This document shows positions 62,638 through 64,000 of a DNA stretch of 64,000 bases, in pieces. The notes below the pieces were generated by a model that was not told the DNA's origin, made no database searches, and saw only the letters and a list, made by a program, of their open reading frames with translations. The translations under genes and the position numbers were made by a program. Origin of the DNA: Okamejei kenojei (lineage: Eukaryota); contig CM069160.1 in NCBI GenBank assembly GCA_035221665.1, positions 15,190,001 through 15,254,000 on the forward strand, written 5' to 3'. The number at the start of each line of letters is the position of its first letter. Within the stretch, counting starts at the first letter, position 1.

Positions 62638-64000
62638 CAATGGCTTGCAAAAGTTTTCATACTCCTTGAACTTTTCCACATTTTGTCACATTACAACCAC
62701 AAACGTAAATGTATTTTATGTGATAGACCAACACAAAGTGGTGCATAATTGTGAAGTGGAAAGAAAATGATACATAGTTTCCAAATTTTATTACAAATAA
62801 AAAACTGAAAAGTGTGGCGTGCAAAAGTATTCTGCCCCCCCTGAGTCAATACTTTGTAGAACCACCTTTCGCTGCAATTACAGCTGCAAGTCTTTTGGGG
62901 TATGTCTCTACCAGCTTTGCACATCTGAAATCTTTGCCCATTCTTCTTTGCAAAATAGCTCAAGCTCAGCCAGATTGGATGGAGAGCGTCTGTGAACAGC
63001 AATTTTCAAGTTTTGCCAGAGATTCTCAATTGGATTTAGGTCTGGACTTTGACTGTCATTCTAACACATGAATATGCTTTGATCTAAACCATTCCATTGT
63101 AGCTCTGGTTGTATGTTTAGGGTCGTTGTCCTGCTGGAAGGTGAACCTCTGCCCCAGTCTCAAGTCTTTTGCAGACTCTAACAGGTTTTCTTCCTAGATT
63201 GCTCTGTATTTCGCTCCATACATCTTCCCATCAACTCTGACCAGCTTCCCTGTCCCTGCTGAAGAAAAGGATCCCCGCAGCATGATGCTATCACCACCAT
63301 GTTTCACAGTGGGGATGGTGTGTTCAGGGTGATGTGCAGTGTTAGTTTTCCGCCACACAGTGTTTTGCATTTAGGCCAAAAACCTCAATTTTGGTCTCAT
63401 CAGACCAGAGCACCTTCCTCCACATGTTTACTGTGTCCCCCCACATGGCTTATGGCAAACTGCAAACGGGCCTTCTTATGGCTTTGTTTCAACAATGGCT
63501 TTCTTCTTGCCACTCTTCCATAAAGGCCCGATTTGTGGAATGCACGACTAATAGTTGTCCTGTGGACAGATTCTCCCACCTGAGCTGTGGATCTCTGCAG
63601 CTCCTCCAGAGTTACCATGCGCCTCTTGGCTGCTTCTCTGATCAATGCTCTCCTTGCCCGGCCTGTCAGTTTAGGTGGACGGCCATGTCTTGGTAGGTTT
63701 GCCTTTGTGCCATACTCTTTCCATTTTCAGATGATGGATTGAACAGTGCTCCGTGAGATGTTCAAAGCTTGGGATATTTTTTTATAACTTAACCCTGCTT
63801 TAAACTTCTCCACAACTTTATCCCTGACCTGTCTGGTGTGTTACTTGGGTTTCATGATGCTGTTTGTTCACTAATGATCTCTAACAAACCTCTGAGGCCT
63901 TCACAGAACAGCTGTATTTACACTGAGATTAGATTACACACAAGTGGACTCTATTTGCTAATTAGGTGACTTCTGAAGGCAATTGGTTGCACTGGATTTT
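62638..64000 (-). mobile_element. Tc1/mariner transposon (IR/DR type), degenerate, running off the window
   Basis: TA|CAATGGCTTGCAAAAGT terminus with inner repeat GTGGCGTGCAAAAGTATTC near 62814; transposase about 63855 to 62846 with GLYGRVARRKPLL, stops and frameshifts. Confidence 0.88.

Overview
Repeat-dense vertebrate genomic DNA. The V-SINEs, the CR1/L2/Rex1/L1 mix, the Penelope tails and the NLR exon style point to a cartilaginous fish (skate, ray or shark; inference). The genic content is an innate-immune cluster. (i) The 3' end of a TRIM/B30.2 gene (3-131, +). (ii) An orphan, stop-containing NLR N-terminal exon (12164-12333, +). (iii) A NACHT-LRR pseudogene on the minus strand (40410 to 26066). 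(iv) An apparently intact NKp30/NCR3-like receptor whose leader (51578-51623), germline-joined VJ exon (56236-56574) and TM exon (57763-57897) splice in frame behind an ETS-RUNX motif. The rest is stacked mobile DNA: three DIRS tyrosine-recombinase retrotransposons, two multi-level nested insertion stacks with readable TSDs, Penelope-derived minimal hammerhead ribozyme motifs, a Tc1, a hAT and several MITEs. There is also a large GC-skewed Helitron-like composite present twice in inverted orientation, one copy carrying about 200 bp copied from the NLR upstream region. Most short ORFs in the track are TE antisense or low-complexity artefacts. Element boundaries without TSDs are approximate.
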